DNA from: an uncultured Gemmatimonadota bacterium
GTDB taxonomy: Bacteria > JAAXHH01
Length of the DNA: 64,000 nt
Reading direction: 5' to 3'
NCBI GenBank assembly: GCA_951812955.1
Contig: OX638340.1
Location: 3,360,001-3,424,000 of the forward strand
This document shows, one piece after another, positions 46,280-55,821 of this stretch. A program made the translations under genes and the position numbers. The first letter of the stretch is position 1. Each line of letters opens with the position of its first letter. The notes below the pieces were generated by a model. It saw only the letters and a program-made list of their open reading frames with translations. It was not told the origin of the DNA and made no database searches.

Positions 46280-49087
46280 ATGCGGCAGGGCGACGCCATC
46301 CTGCATTACCGCATCGTAAAAAGCCTTGGTAAGGGCGGCATGGGCGAGGTCTACCTGGCCGAGGACACCCGCCTGAAACGGCAAGTCGCCCTCAAGGTGC
46401 TGCCGGAGGACCTGGCCCGCGACCCGGCGCTGCTGCAGCGGTTCCGTGTGGAGGCCGAGGCGGCCGCCAAGCTGAACCACCCGAATATCGCCCAGGTCTT
46501 CGCCACCGAAGAGGCGCGCCTGGAAGACGACCGTACCGGCAAGGACGGTGAACGAGGCGACAGCGGCCGTACCATTAACTTCATTACCATGGAATACGTG
46601 TCCGGACGGCCCCTTCATGAACACCTCTCCGGGAAGCCCCTCCCCCTCGATACGTTCTTCGACTGGTTCCTGCCCATTGCGGACGCCCTGGATCACGCCC
46701 ACGAGCGGGGCGTCGTGCACCGGGATATGAAACCTGCGAACGTCATGATTTCGGACGAAGGCGTCCCCAAGATCCTGGATTTTGGCCTGGCCCGGGTCGT
46801 CGCCGGGGCTTCCAATGAAACCGATGGCGGAGGACCGACGATCAGTCTTACGCAGGCCGGGGCCGTCATGGGCACCCCGGCGTACATGTCGCCCGAACAG
46901 GCGACCGGCAGCCACGGCGATCATCGGAGCGACATATTCAGCCTGGGCGTCATGATGTACGAGGCCCTGGCGGGCGCCCGGCCCTTCACCGGCGACAACT
47001 ACGTAACCGTCATCAGCAGTACCCTGAAAGATGACCCGGAGCCGGTGAGCAGCGGCAACGGCGAAGTGCCTCCCGCGCTGAACCGGGTCGTCCGTCGATG
47101 CCTTGGCAAGGACTCGAGGTCCCGCTACCAGTCCGTGCTCGACGTGAGACACGCCTTGGCCGACAGCCGGGAAGAATACGAGGCTGGAACCACCACCGGA
47201 ACGACCAGCGACGCTTCCAGGCCGGTACGGGCGGTTTTCCTCCTGCGGCGTCCCGAGGTGCTCGGAGCCTGCGCCGCGTGCCTGGTCGCCGGGGCGTTGA
47301 TCGTTGCGGCCTTGATGGGGGCATTCGAAGAAGAATCGGCCGCGCCGCTGCGCAGATTCCAGGTGAGCCTGGACAATCTGGGCCGGGACAACGCGGCAAT
47401 CTCTCCGGACGGATCGCTGCTTGCCTATGTGCGTGAAAACCGCCTCTGGGTGCGTTCCCTTGACCAGGACGAGGGCCGGGAGATTCCAGGTACCGACGAC
47501 ATAGAACAGATATTCTGGTCATCCGACAGCCGCCAGATCGGTTACCTGGTCAGACGATCGATCTGGAAGGTCGCGGCGGACGGCGGCGGACAGGTGCATC
47601 TCTGCGATTTGCCGGAACGTGATCTGAGGGGTATTTCCTGGGGCGGCGACGGCCGGATACTGTTCGCCATGGCCAGCATGAGATCCGGTGGGGGGCTTTA
47701 TGCCGTGTCTGACCAGGGCGGCGATCCGGACCGCCTGCTGGAACCGGATCCGGCGAATGCCGAAAGGGCGTTGCAGTCCCCGTTGAACCTGTCCGAGTAC
47801 GGCCTGCTCATGTACGCGGTGGTCACAGTCTCCGACGATCCGCAGGAGATCGCCGACCTGAGCGAACGTTACCGGGGAAACGGGGATCTGAGCATGGCGA
47901 TCTCCATGGCTCGAATCACCACGTCCCGCATTGCCGTGGAGTTTCCAGGTCCGTCCGGATCGCCCGGTTCCTCCCGCCGAATTCTTCCACTGGAGGGCGA
48001 TTTCCTTGCCGTAGCGGGATATGCGTCCGGCCACCTCCTGTACTACCGGGAGACCACGACCCATTCCGAGGATGATCTGTGGGCCGTGCCCTTTTCACCT
48101 CGGGTCGGTGAACTGACGGGCGAGGCCTTCAGGGTTGCCCGGCGCGTCAATACGCTCAGCGTGTCCGACAACGGGATCATGGTCTATCGGAAGTTGTCCG
48201 AGTCCCCGCAGCAACTGACCGTGGTCGACCGCCGCGGCCGGATCGAACGGATCATTGGCCAGCCCCAGGAAAGGATCACAGAACTGGTCCTGTCCCCCAC
48301 CGAAAAGCAAGTCATGGTGGAAAGCGAAGAAGGCGTCCTGGCCGCGCTGTGGCTGTACGAGATCGAAAGCGGTATCGGCAGCCGGCTTACCTCTGCGGAC
48401 TTGAACTACAGCCGGCCGAGCTTTACGCCCGACGGCGGTTCGGTCGTGTTTTCGGTTTCTCCGGCGGTGAATCCCGGACTTGCGCGCGGGAACGCGCTCT
48501 TCATGCGGATGGATCTGGACGTCCTGGACGAAATGAAACCCTTCTCGGCTGATTCGCTGAGGGGGTGGGCGCCCACGCTCTCGAGAGACGGCCAGTTCCT
48601 GGTTTACTTCCATCAGCGTCAGGTTCAGTTTATTTCCACGGAGGAAGGCGCCAAGCCCCAGGTGCTCGTGGATGGCCAGGGGAGGGTGGTGCAGACGGCC
48701 CTGTCCCCGGATAACCGATACCTGGCCTACGTATCGAACCAGGGGCCCGGCTGGCAGGTATACGTGACCGGGTTTCCCACTGGTACGGGGCGTTGGCAGG
48801 TTTCGTCGAACAGCGGCTGGACACCCCGCTGGAGTCCCTCGGGCGAAGAGCTGTTTTACGTGGAGGACAACCGGTTGATGGCCGTTCCTGTGGTGGATGG
48901 ACCCGGTTTCCGGTTCGGCCGTCCCGAAGCGCTCTTCGAAGGCGTCCAGGCGGGCGCAGATGACCTGCGGTTTCCCGGATACGAGGTCTCCGCCGGCGGG
49001 GAGTCGTTCATCATCGCGGCCAACGCGGAAGAAACCCGTCCATCCCTCACCATCGTGCAGAACTGGACGCGGGAATTCGACCCGTGA
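46280..49087 (+). CDS. Serine/threonine protein kinase with one TM helix and a C-terminal PD40/TolB-like beta-propeller
   Basis: Hanks kinase motifs GKGGMGEVYLA, VALK, HRDMKPANVMI, DFGLAR, GTPAYMSPE. TM helix ACAACLVAGALIVAALMGAF. PD40-like repeats in the C-terminal half (...YLAYVSNQGPGWQVYV...). Confidence 0.85.
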   Translation: MRQGDAILHYRIVKSLGKGGMGEVYLAEDTRLKRQVALKVLPEDLARDPALLQRFRVEAEAAAKLNHPNIAQVFATEEARLEDDRTGKDGERGDSGRTINFITMEYVSGRPLHEHLSGKPLPLDTFFDWFLPIADALDHAHERGVVHRDMKPANVMISDEGVPKILDFGLARVVAGASNETDGGGPTISLTQAGAVMGTPAYMSPEQATGSHGDHRSDIFSLGVMMYEALAGARPFTGDNYVTVISSTLKDDPEPVSSGNGEVPPALNRVVRRCLGKDSRSRYQSVLDVRHALADSREEYEAGTTTGTTSDASRPVRAVFLLRRPEVLGACAACLVAGALIVAALMGAFEEESAAPLRRFQVSLDNLGRDNAAISPDGSLLAYVRENRLWVRSLDQDEGREIPGTDDIEQIFWSSDSRQIGYLVRRSIWKVAADGGGQVHLCDLPERDLRGISWGGDGRILFAMASMRSGGGLYAVSDQGGDPDRLLEPDPANAERALQSPLNLSEYGLLMYAVVTVSDDPQEIADLSERYRGNGDLSMAISMARITTSRIAVEFPGPSGSPGSSRRILPLEGDFLAVAGYASGHLLYYRETTTHSEDDLWAVPFSPRVGELTGEAFRVARRVNTLSVSDNGIMVYRKLSESPQQLTVVDRRGRIERIIGQPQERITELVLSPTEKQVMVESEEGVLAALWLYEIESGIGSRLTSADLNYSRPSFTPDGGSVVFSVSPAVNPGLARGNALFMRMDLDVLDEMKPFSADSLRGWAPTLSRDGQFLVYFHQRQVQFISTEEGAKPQVLVDGQGRVVQTALSPDNRYLAYVSNQGPGWQVYVTGFPTGTGRWQVSSNSGWTPRWSPSGEELFYVEDNRLMAVPVVDGPGFRFGRPEALFEGVQAGADDLRFPGYEVSAGGESFIIAANAEETRPSLTIVQNWTREFDP

Positions 49088-49136
49088 CCGGTGCGGTCCG
49101 GGCCGCACCGGGCTTCAACGGTTACAGAATCGAGGT

Positions 49137-49670
49137 GTGAATTTGGAAGCACTCAAGCAGAAGATCCGCAACGTCCCCGATTTTCCCATTCCCGGGATCA
49201 ACTTCAAGGACGTGACCACGCTCTTCAAGGATCCGTCCGCCTTTCGTATGGCGGTGGATCGTTTCGTCACGGAGTACGCGGACAAATCCATCGATCTCGT
49301 GGCCGCCATCGAGGCCCGGGGGTTCATCCTGGCGCCGGTGCTGGCCTACCATATGGGTATGGGTATCGTCCCTCTTCGCAAACCGGGAAAGCTCCCCGCG
49401 GAGACCCGTCGGATCGAATACGACCTGGAATACGGCACGGACGCCCTCGAAATGCACCTGGACGCCGTGGGACCAGGGAATCGCGTGCTCATCGTAGACG
49501 ACCTGCTGGCCACGGGGGGAACGGCGGCGGCGGCCTGCCAGCTGGTCGAGGACGCGGGCGGGATCGTGGCCGGCGTGGGATTCCTGATCGAGTTATCCTT
49601 CCTTGACGGCCGCAAGCGTCTGGACGGCCGCCCTGTATTTTCGCTCCTGGAATACGGTTCCGACGAATAA
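49137..49670 (+). CDS. apt: Adenine phosphoribosyltransferase (start GTG at 49137 or TTG at 49143)
   Basis: Collinear with E. coli Apt: ...DFPIPGINFKDVTTLF...RKPGKLP...EYGTD...VLIVDDLLATGGT. No in-frame ATG, so a non-ATG start is inferred, with GAGG upstream. Confidence 0.8.
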   Translation: MNLEALKQKIRNVPDFPIPGINFKDVTTLFKDPSAFRMAVDRFVTEYADKSIDLVAAIEARGFILAPVLAYHMGMGIVPLRKPGKLPAETRRIEYDLEYGTDALEMHLDAVGPGNRVLIVDDLLATGGTAAAACQLVEDAGGIVAGVGFLIELSFLDGRKRLDGRPVFSLLEYGSDE

Positions 49671-49710
49671 CGCCGCACATCGACCCGGCAACCTGCGTTC
49701 AATCACGCCA

Positions 49711-50772
49711 TCAATCCGACATCAGTCGTTCCGCCTCCTCGATTACACGCCGTGATTCGAGATCCTCCATGCACGCATGGGTACCGTAGCGGCATGCCCG
49801 GTCCCCATGCAGGCTGCAGGGACTGCAGGGAAGGTCGAGCGTTACGGCGGCGTCCGCCGGCCCGAGGGGGGCGAACCCCAGCCGGGGATGTGTGGCGCCG
49901 AACACGCCGACGACCGGCGTACCCACGGCTGTCGCCACGTGCATGGGACCGGAATCGTTGCTGACCAGGAGTCCGCAGCGCCGCACGGCCGCGGGCAGCA
50001 GCGAGAGATCAGTCGTTCCGGTCCAGTCCACGGCCGGGCTCTTCATGGCGCGGGCCACCTCGCCTGCGACGGTACGGTCCTCCTCGCTGCCAAGAAGCAA
50101 CACCCTCATGTCGCGGGATTCCGCCACGTGGTCGGCGACCTCGGCAAACCGCTCCGGAAGCCAGTGTTTCGGACCGTGCGAGGCGCCGGGCGCCACCCCG
50201 AGTACCGGGACCCCGGGGCCGATACCGGCATCCGCCAGCCGTTCCTCCACCCACGCCACCGCCCGGGCGTCGACATTCAGTTCCGGCAGCCGCTTCTCTT
50301 CTGCGCCTTGTGCGCCATCAAGATGGGACGCACCGACTGGATCGAGCTGATCGAGTGTCGCAAGGTAGCGGTCGACCGTATGGGGCACAACCGCGGCACC
50401 GCCGGGCTTTCGAACGATGGCCATCCGGGAGAGCCGGCGCTTATCGTACCGGACGACCCGCCCCGCGTTGCCAGCCAGCGACACCAGCCGGCTGCGCAGG
50501 TTCCCATGCAGGTCGGTCACCAGGTCGTATTTTCTTCGCCGTATGCGGGAGATAAGGCGCGTGAGCCCCTTCGCGGGTTCCAGGCGCTCCACCTCGTTTA
50601 CACCGGGCAACGCGCGAGCCAGGCCGACGTATTCCGAACGCGTAAGAAAGTCGATTTCCGCGTCGGGCCAGATTCTGCGAACCGCTCGCGTAACCGGCGA
50701 GGTCAGCACGATATCGCCCATTGAACTGAACCGGATGACCAGGATGCGGGATGGGGATTCGGACGGGGTCAT
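49711..50772 (-). CDS. Glycosyltransferase family 9 (ADP-heptose:LPS heptosyltransferase-like)
   Basis: ILVIRFSSMGDIVLTSPV...GSEED...LLVSNDSGPMHVATAVGTPVVGVFG. Confidence 0.8.
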   Translation of the reverse strand: MTPSESPSRILVIRFSSMGDIVLTSPVTRAVRRIWPDAEIDFLTRSEYVGLARALPGVNEVERLEPAKGLTRLISRIRRRKYDLVTDLHGNLRSRLVSLAGNAGRVVRYDKRRLSRMAIVRKPGGAAVVPHTVDRYLATLDQLDPVGASHLDGAQGAEEKRLPELNVDARAVAWVEERLADAGIGPGVPVLGVAPGASHGPKHWLPERFAEVADHVAESRDMRVLLLGSEEDRTVAGEVARAMKSPAVDWTGTTDLSLLPAAVRRCGLLVSNDSGPMHVATAVGTPVVGVFGATHPRLGFAPLGPADAAVTLDLPCSPCSLHGDRACRYGTHACMEDLESRRVIEEAERLMSD

Positions 50773-50827
50773 TGAATCACGCCCCCTAGGTACGCGTTCT
50801 TACGGAAGGAATGGGCCGGTTTGCGCC

Positions 50828-51850
50828 TTATCCCAGTTGTTCGCCCACCGCCTCAACGGCCATATCCACGGTAATGCCAGTAAGGTCGCAGAGGGGACCG
50901 CGTTCGCAGGTCGGACACTGCCCGTCGGGCGGCAGCAGGTTTTTGTCCCGTCCGCCCAGGGGCCGCCACCGCTGCGGAGACCTCGCAGGCAACGGGCAGA
51001 AGATGGATACCGTGGGGACGCCCAGCGCGCCCGCCAGGTGCATGGGACCCGTGCTGCTGCACACCAGGAGATCCATTTCACCGACCACCGCGATGAGTTC
51101 GTCCAGCGAAAGCCGCCCCGCAAGGGAAAGGGCGGGTCCGTCCAGCGCGGACATGATCGTCCGGGCGAGATGGTCTTCCTCCGCGCTGCCGGTGACGACG
51201 ATTTTCGCGCCATGGCGGTCCTGCAACCGTTTTGCCAGTGCGCCGTACCGCTCGGCCGTCCAGTTCGGGGCGTTCCCGCCGTTACCGGGATGAATGCCGA
51301 TGACCGGAATCCCTTCCGCCGAGCCCAGTACCGCGCGGGCTTCAAGCCGCTTCCGCTCCTGCACCTCGATCAGGGTCCCCCTACCCGGTTCCCGGGCGTC
51401 GAGGGCACGGGCAAGGTCCAGGCAGTAGTCCGATTCGTGCCGGAGGGGTTCGTAACCGTCGCGGCTGATCGACCGCGTAAAGGTCAGCGCCTGGTATATC
51501 GTCCGGCCCACGCCGACGCGGCGCGGAATGCCTGCCAGGAAGAGCATCCAGGCATGGCGCATGGTCGGCATGAGCATCAGGGCCGTGTCGAATCGATGGG
51601 ACCTGAGAAGCCGCACCTGTTCCAGGAAACCCGCCGGGCCGCGATGACCGTCATCCGGGTCGTCCGCGATCACGGCGTCGAGAACGGGGTTTCTTTCGGC
51701 CACCGCTCGGGTGTAGGGATGTACCATCATGGCGAGGTAGGCTTCCGGCCAGCGATGCCGGAGGGCGTTGATCACCGGCAGAGACAGCACCACGTCTCCG
51801 ACCCGGTCGGGTCTGATCACGAGGATCCGGGGTGAGGTTGCCTGTTCCAT
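50828..51850 (-). CDS. Glycosyltransferase family 9 (second heptosyltransferase-like paralog; start ATG at 51850)
   Basis: ILVIRPDRVGDVVLSLPV...LLVCSSTGPMHLAGALGVPTVSIF. Confidence 0.8.
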   Translation of the reverse strand: MEQATSPRILVIRPDRVGDVVLSLPVINALRHRWPEAYLAMMVHPYTRAVAERNPVLDAVIADDPDDGHRGPAGFLEQVRLLRSHRFDTALMLMPTMRHAWMLFLAGIPRRVGVGRTIYQALTFTRSISRDGYEPLRHESDYCLDLARALDAREPGRGTLIEVQERKRLEARAVLGSAEGIPVIGIHPGNGGNAPNWTAERYGALAKRLQDRHGAKIVVTGSAEEDHLARTIMSALDGPALSLAGRLSLDELIAVVGEMDLLVCSSTGPMHLAGALGVPTVSIFCPLPARSPQRWRPLGGRDKNLLPPDGQCPTCERGPLCDLTGITVDMAVEAVGEQLG

Positions 51851-51887
51851 CGGCGATCCACCGTCGCTCCCGCGGCCTGTCGTCTTT

Positions 51888-52961
51888 CTACGCCTTCCGG
51901 GATTCGGCAAGGCGCAGTTGTCCGCATGCCGCGTCGATGTCCCTGCCGCGTTCCCGCCGCATGGTCAAGTGCAGTCCGCCCGCCCGCAACGCATCCGCAA
52001 AGACCGTCCGGCGGTATTCGTCGGGGGTTTCGTAGGGCAGGCCGCGCACCGGGTTATAGGGAATCAGATTCAGCTTGCATTTGTCCTTTTTCAGCAGCCG
52101 AACAAGGTGTTCCGCGTCCTGGAACCGGTCGTTCACGCCCTTGAGCAGGACATATTCATAGGTGATGATCCGGTCGGTCACCCCGGTGTAGTGGCGACAG
52201 GCCTTCATGAGCTGCTTGAGGGGATAACGCCGGTTGATGGGGACGATCTCGGAACGGGTTCGGTCGTCGGCGGCATGGAGGGACACGGACAACTCGAACT
52301 GGATCTTCTCGTCGGCCAGCTGGTAGATCTTGGGAACGAGGCCGCTGGTGGACAGCGTGATTCTGCGGGCGCCGATGCCGAGTCCCCAGTCGGCGTTGAT
52401 GATCCGTACGGCCCTGAGCACCTGGCTGTAGTTGGCGAGCGGCTCCCCCATGCCCATTACGACGATGTTGTTTATTGGACGGTCATCACCGGCCAGCTTC
52501 CTGACCTGGACGACCTGGTCGACGATTTCGGCCGACGTCATGTTGCGCGCCAGGCCCTCCAGCCCGCTCGCGCAGAAACGGCAGCCGATGGCGCACCCCA
52601 CCTGCGTGGAGATGCAGAGCGTGTTGCGCCGCGAACCGCCGATCAACACCGTCTCCACCTTCTGGCCGTCCCCGAGTTCGAACAGGTACTTCATGGTCGG
52701 ACCGTGGCGCGACTTCGACTGTTGGACGATGGTCAACGGGTTCAGGCAGGCGCGGTCCGAAAGTTCGGCCCGGAATGACCGGGACAGGTTGGTCATTTCC
52801 TCGAATGAGCCCACGGCCTTCTTGTATACCCATGAGGCGATCTGGCCGGCCCGATAGGCCGGTTCGTTCATCTCCGCGACGATCCGCGAGATCTCCGGCA
52901 GCGTCAGGCTCCTCAGATCCGGTTTGCCGCGCGCCGCCGTTCGTGATGTCGGTGCCTGCAT
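51888..52961 (-). CDS. rlmN: 23S rRNA (adenine2503-C2)-methyltransferase RlmN (radical SAM). The reading frame stays open through three 66-bp repeats up to 53126, so the N-terminus may be extended
   Basis: ...PAYRAGQIASWVYKK...EMTNL..., CxxxCxxC TQVGCAIGCRFCASG, ...GMGEPL..., ...DIDAACGQL. The ATG at 52961 gives an N-terminus of canonical length. Confidence 0.8.
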   Translation of the reverse strand: MQAPTSRTAARGKPDLRSLTLPEISRIVAEMNEPAYRAGQIASWVYKKAVGSFEEMTNLSRSFRAELSDRACLNPLTIVQQSKSRHGPTMKYLFELGDGQKVETVLIGGSRRNTLCISTQVGCAIGCRFCASGLEGLARNMTSAEIVDQVVQVRKLAGDDRPINNIVVMGMGEPLANYSQVLRAVRIINADWGLGIGARRITLSTSGLVPKIYQLADEKIQFELSVSLHAADDRTRSEIVPINRRYPLKQLMKACRHYTGVTDRIITYEYVLLKGVNDRFQDAEHLVRLLKKDKCKLNLIPYNPVRGLPYETPDEYRRTVFADALRAGGLHLTMRRERGRDIDAACGQLRLAESRKA

Positions 52962-53111
52962 GGTCAACTCCGATTTCCTCAGATCCGGTCTGCCGCGCGC
53001 CGCCGTTCGTGATGCCGGTGCCTGCATGATCAACTCCGATTTCCTCAGGTCCGGTTTGCCGCGCGTCGCCGTCCGTGATGCCGGTGACCGCATGGTCAAC
53101 TCCGATCTCCA
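52914..53111. repeat. Imperfect tandem repeat, 3 x 66 bp, at the 5' end of rlmN. Each unit (minus-strand sense) carries GGAG-N6-ATG and a TTGACC hexamer
   Basis: Units start at 52914, 52980 and 53046. The minus strand reads AGGAAATCGGAGTTGACCATGCAGGCACCG.... Encoded peptide repeat DLRKSELxMQAPxSRTAARGxP. Confidence 0.8.
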
Positions 53112-53377
53112 CAAAACCGGTTGCAAGATACGGCGGATCGAACCCGTTGTCTATGGAAAAGCGGTGAAGGCGCGCCGGTCGCGATCGCACCTTCAGCCCG
53201 TATACTATAGGCATGACGGCCCGGCAACGCCAAGGTTGACATTTTGCTTGTTTTCGACCTCCCGCCCGCGTATATTTTCGTCGGAAGGCAAACTGGCATG
53301 AACACAGGCTTAAGGGGTCTGCGACGTAGCGCGTCGACGCGAGGAACGCAAGGACTCCGTAGCGGAGGATTGAAAAA

Positions 53378-53554
53378 ATGGCTAAGGACAGAAGCTTTGC
53401 GGCCAAGATGGCCAAGGGGACCGACAAGGATCAGGAAGAGCAGATCCAGACCGTGCTGCTGGTCAAACCCGTCAAGTCGGAAGAAGGCCACTACAAGTTC
53501 AAGCGCACGATAACCAAGTTGACCCCCGAGAACAAGAAGGCCCTCGGCGTCTGA
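53378..53554 (+). CDS. Small basic protein (58 aa), DUF4295-like; not in the ORF track (under 60 aa)
   Basis: GGAGGA SD 8 nt before the ATG at 53378. MAKDRSFAAKMAKGTDKDQEEQIQTVLLVKPVKSEEGHYKFKRTITKL... has the compositional pattern of the FCB-group DUF4295 mini-proteins (MAKK...KMVKSPKTG.Y.F.E). Confidence 0.4.
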   Translation: MAKDRSFAAKMAKGTDKDQEEQIQTVLLVKPVKSEEGHYKFKRTITKLTPENKKALGV

Positions 53555-53605
53555 GACCAGGCCGCCCCCGGAACCGACCTCCCTTCAATACCGCAACGGG
53601 CCGCG

Positions 53606-54358
53606 TCAGAACAGGCCGTTGACGAGCGTGTCCCGTTCCTCCGACAACTGCAGGATGCTAAGCAGGTTGTTGACCGCATGGATCGCGAGGGGGACGTAGA
53701 GCGAACCGGTGCGTTCCCGAGCGAAGCCGAGCAGGATGCCGATCAGCGCGATCAGCACGAGGAAATACTGGTCGTACTGGCCGACGTGCAGCAGCGTCCA
53801 CAGTAGTGTTGTGACCGCGATCGTACCCCACGCGCCAATCCTCGTCCGGCGCAGCCCTTCGAACATAAACCCCCGGAACAGCACTTCTTCGAAAACCGGC
53901 GCGGCGATCACGAGCGCGACCCAGAGCATCATCGTGTATCGCGTGGTTTCTATGATCGTTTCCATCACCGGCGGCACGGGCGAGCGTCCGAGTTCGACCG
54001 TTGCCAGGTCGGCGAGTAGCAGCAGCAAGACGGCGAAAACCAGCCAGCCAAGCAGGGTCGCGGTGCGGACCGGTACAAGAGCCAGCCAGGATTTCGGGTC
54101 GACGCCCCGCGCGAGACCGAGGGCGAGCAAAACCAGGAACGTGCAGGGTACGGCGGAGAAAATGACGCCAAGGGCGACCAGGTCACCCATGCGCGCCGCG
54201 GGGTCCAGCCCCAGCATGGCCATCGCCGCGACGGTGGCGGCGATTTGCAGAACCAGGTACGTGCCCAGGATCAGCGCGGTGGAAACAAGGGTGAACCTGA
54301 GTCGGGGCGGAGCGGACGGGCCTTGCGGTTCAATGGCGTTCAGGGGTGTTTCGTTCAT
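53606..54358 (-). CDS. CPBP-family intramembrane metalloprotease (CAAX protease / Abi)
   Basis: Motif 1 APVFEEVLFRGF, plus conserved His motifs in later TM helices. Confidence 0.75.
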   Translation of the reverse strand: MNETPLNAIEPQGPSAPPRLRFTLVSTALILGTYLVLQIAATVAAMAMLGLDPAARMGDLVALGVIFSAVPCTFLVLLALGLARGVDPKSWLALVPVRTATLLGWLVFAVLLLLLADLATVELGRSPVPPVMETIIETTRYTMMLWVALVIAAPVFEEVLFRGFMFEGLRRTRIGAWGTIAVTTLLWTLLHVGQYDQYFLVLIALIGILLGFARERTGSLYVPLAIHAVNNLLSILQLSEERDTLVNGLF

Positions 54359-54415
54359 GAAGAATTGCCGGGCGTATCGGTGTCTTTGACGGGCCGGCCA
54401 GGGCCCGACACTGGC

Positions 54416-55678
54416 TTAGAGTATGGCCCGGAAAATGTAGAAAAAGACGATTGCCAGCAGGGCGCCGACGGGTACGGTGATGATCCAGGACGCCGCGATT
54501 CTTCCGAGGATGCTCAGGTCGAGGGCCTTGACGCCTTGGGCCAAGCCTACGCCCATGACGCCGCCGACCAGGGTTTGGGTCGTCGAAATGGGCAGGCCGA
54601 GTCGGCTGGCCAGCACAATAGTAACGGCCGCCGCGAACTCGGCCGAATAGCCCCGGGTGGGCGTCAGTTCCGTGATCTTGGTCCCGATGGTCGCCATGAC
54701 GCGGTATCCCATGGTCGCCAGCCCGATGACGATGCCGACGCCACCGACCAGCAGGAGCCAGCTGGGTACCTGGGACTCGGGGTTGACCACGCCCGACTGG
54801 CTGATATTCACCACCGCCGCAAGCGGTCCGATGGCGTTCGCCACATCATTGGAACCGTGGGCGAAGGCTACGGCACAGGCGCTCATGATCTGGAGCACGC
54901 CAAACATCTTCTCGACCACGGCCATTTGCGCATCGCCAGAGGACGGATCTTCGGATTCGGCACCCGGCCGGTTACCGATCATGCCAAGCAGAAAGTGACC
55001 CGCGATCACCGCGAAGAGGCCCAGGATACTGGACCAGAGCAGGGATTCCATCAGGGAGAGATCCAGGTCTATATTCTTGAGTCCCTTGAACAGGGTGACC
55101 AGCGAAATCACGATGACGACGCAGAAAATGTAGAGCGGCGCCCATTTCCGGGTCCGCCGCACCGGGTCCGGATGGCGGAGGATCGTCCACTTGATCGCAC
55201 TGAAAATCAGGTAGGCCAGGATGCCCGACAGGAGGGGTGACACGATCCAGGAAGCCACGATCTGGATCAGTTGATCCCACTGCACGACGCTGACACCGAA
55301 GGCGACGATGCCGAAACCGGCGATGGCGCCCACGATCGAGTGGGTGGTCGACACCGGCCATCCCAGCCGTGATGCGACAATGAGCCACGTTCCGGCGGCC
55401 GTGAGCGCCGCGAGCATGCCGTAGACGATGAGTTCGGGTGCAGCTGCGGAGATCTGCGGGTCGAGGATGCCTCCCCGCACGGTCTTGGTGACCTGCCCTC
55501 CCACCAGGAAGGCGCCGAGGAATTCGAGCACCCCGGCGATGAGGATGGCCTGCTTGATGGTGAGCGCCTTGGAGCCCACGGAGGTACCCATGGCGTTCGC
55601 CACGTCGTTCGCGCCGATGGAAAAGGCCATGTAAAGGCCGAGTACCACGGCAAGAATCAGCGTAAAATCGGGCCCCAT
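54416..55678 (-). CDS. pit: Inorganic phosphate transporter, PiT family
   Basis: Duplicated GANDVANA signature (FSIGANDVANAMG ... HGSNDVANAIG). Confidence 0.88.
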   Translation of the reverse strand: MGPDFTLILAVVLGLYMAFSIGANDVANAMGTSVGSKALTIKQAILIAGVLEFLGAFLVGGQVTKTVRGGILDPQISAAAPELIVYGMLAALTAAGTWLIVASRLGWPVSTTHSIVGAIAGFGIVAFGVSVVQWDQLIQIVASWIVSPLLSGILAYLIFSAIKWTILRHPDPVRRTRKWAPLYIFCVVIVISLVTLFKGLKNIDLDLSLMESLLWSSILGLFAVIAGHFLLGMIGNRPGAESEDPSSGDAQMAVVEKMFGVLQIMSACAVAFAHGSNDVANAIGPLAAVVNISQSGVVNPESQVPSWLLLVGGVGIVIGLATMGYRVMATIGTKITELTPTRGYSAEFAAAVTIVLASRLGLPISTTQTLVGGVMGVGLAQGVKALDLSILGRIAASWIITVPVGALLAIVFFYIFRAIL

Positions 55679-55821
55679 GGTCCCTTCTTACTCCCTGTTA
55701 GCAAGGTACGATTTCAGGATGATGTTTCGGAAGGCATGGACCGGAACCTTCAGGTGAGCACAATATAAAGTGCAGTACCGGGAGCGCCACGTTTATTTTG
55801 TATCTGAACCCCAGATACAGT

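Noticed and set aside
52914-53111. CRISPR array hypothesis for the 66-bp repeats (also considered for the 49-bp and 1344-bp repeats)
   Set aside because: The units are contiguous with no unique spacers, are in frame with coding sequence, and there are no cas genes. They are tandem duplications, not repeat-spacer arrays.
53244-53513. 89-aa plus ORF overlapping the DUF4295-like region
   Set aside because: Wrong frame (Arg-rich, no SD). The 58-aa frame with GGAGGA-N8-ATG is preferred.
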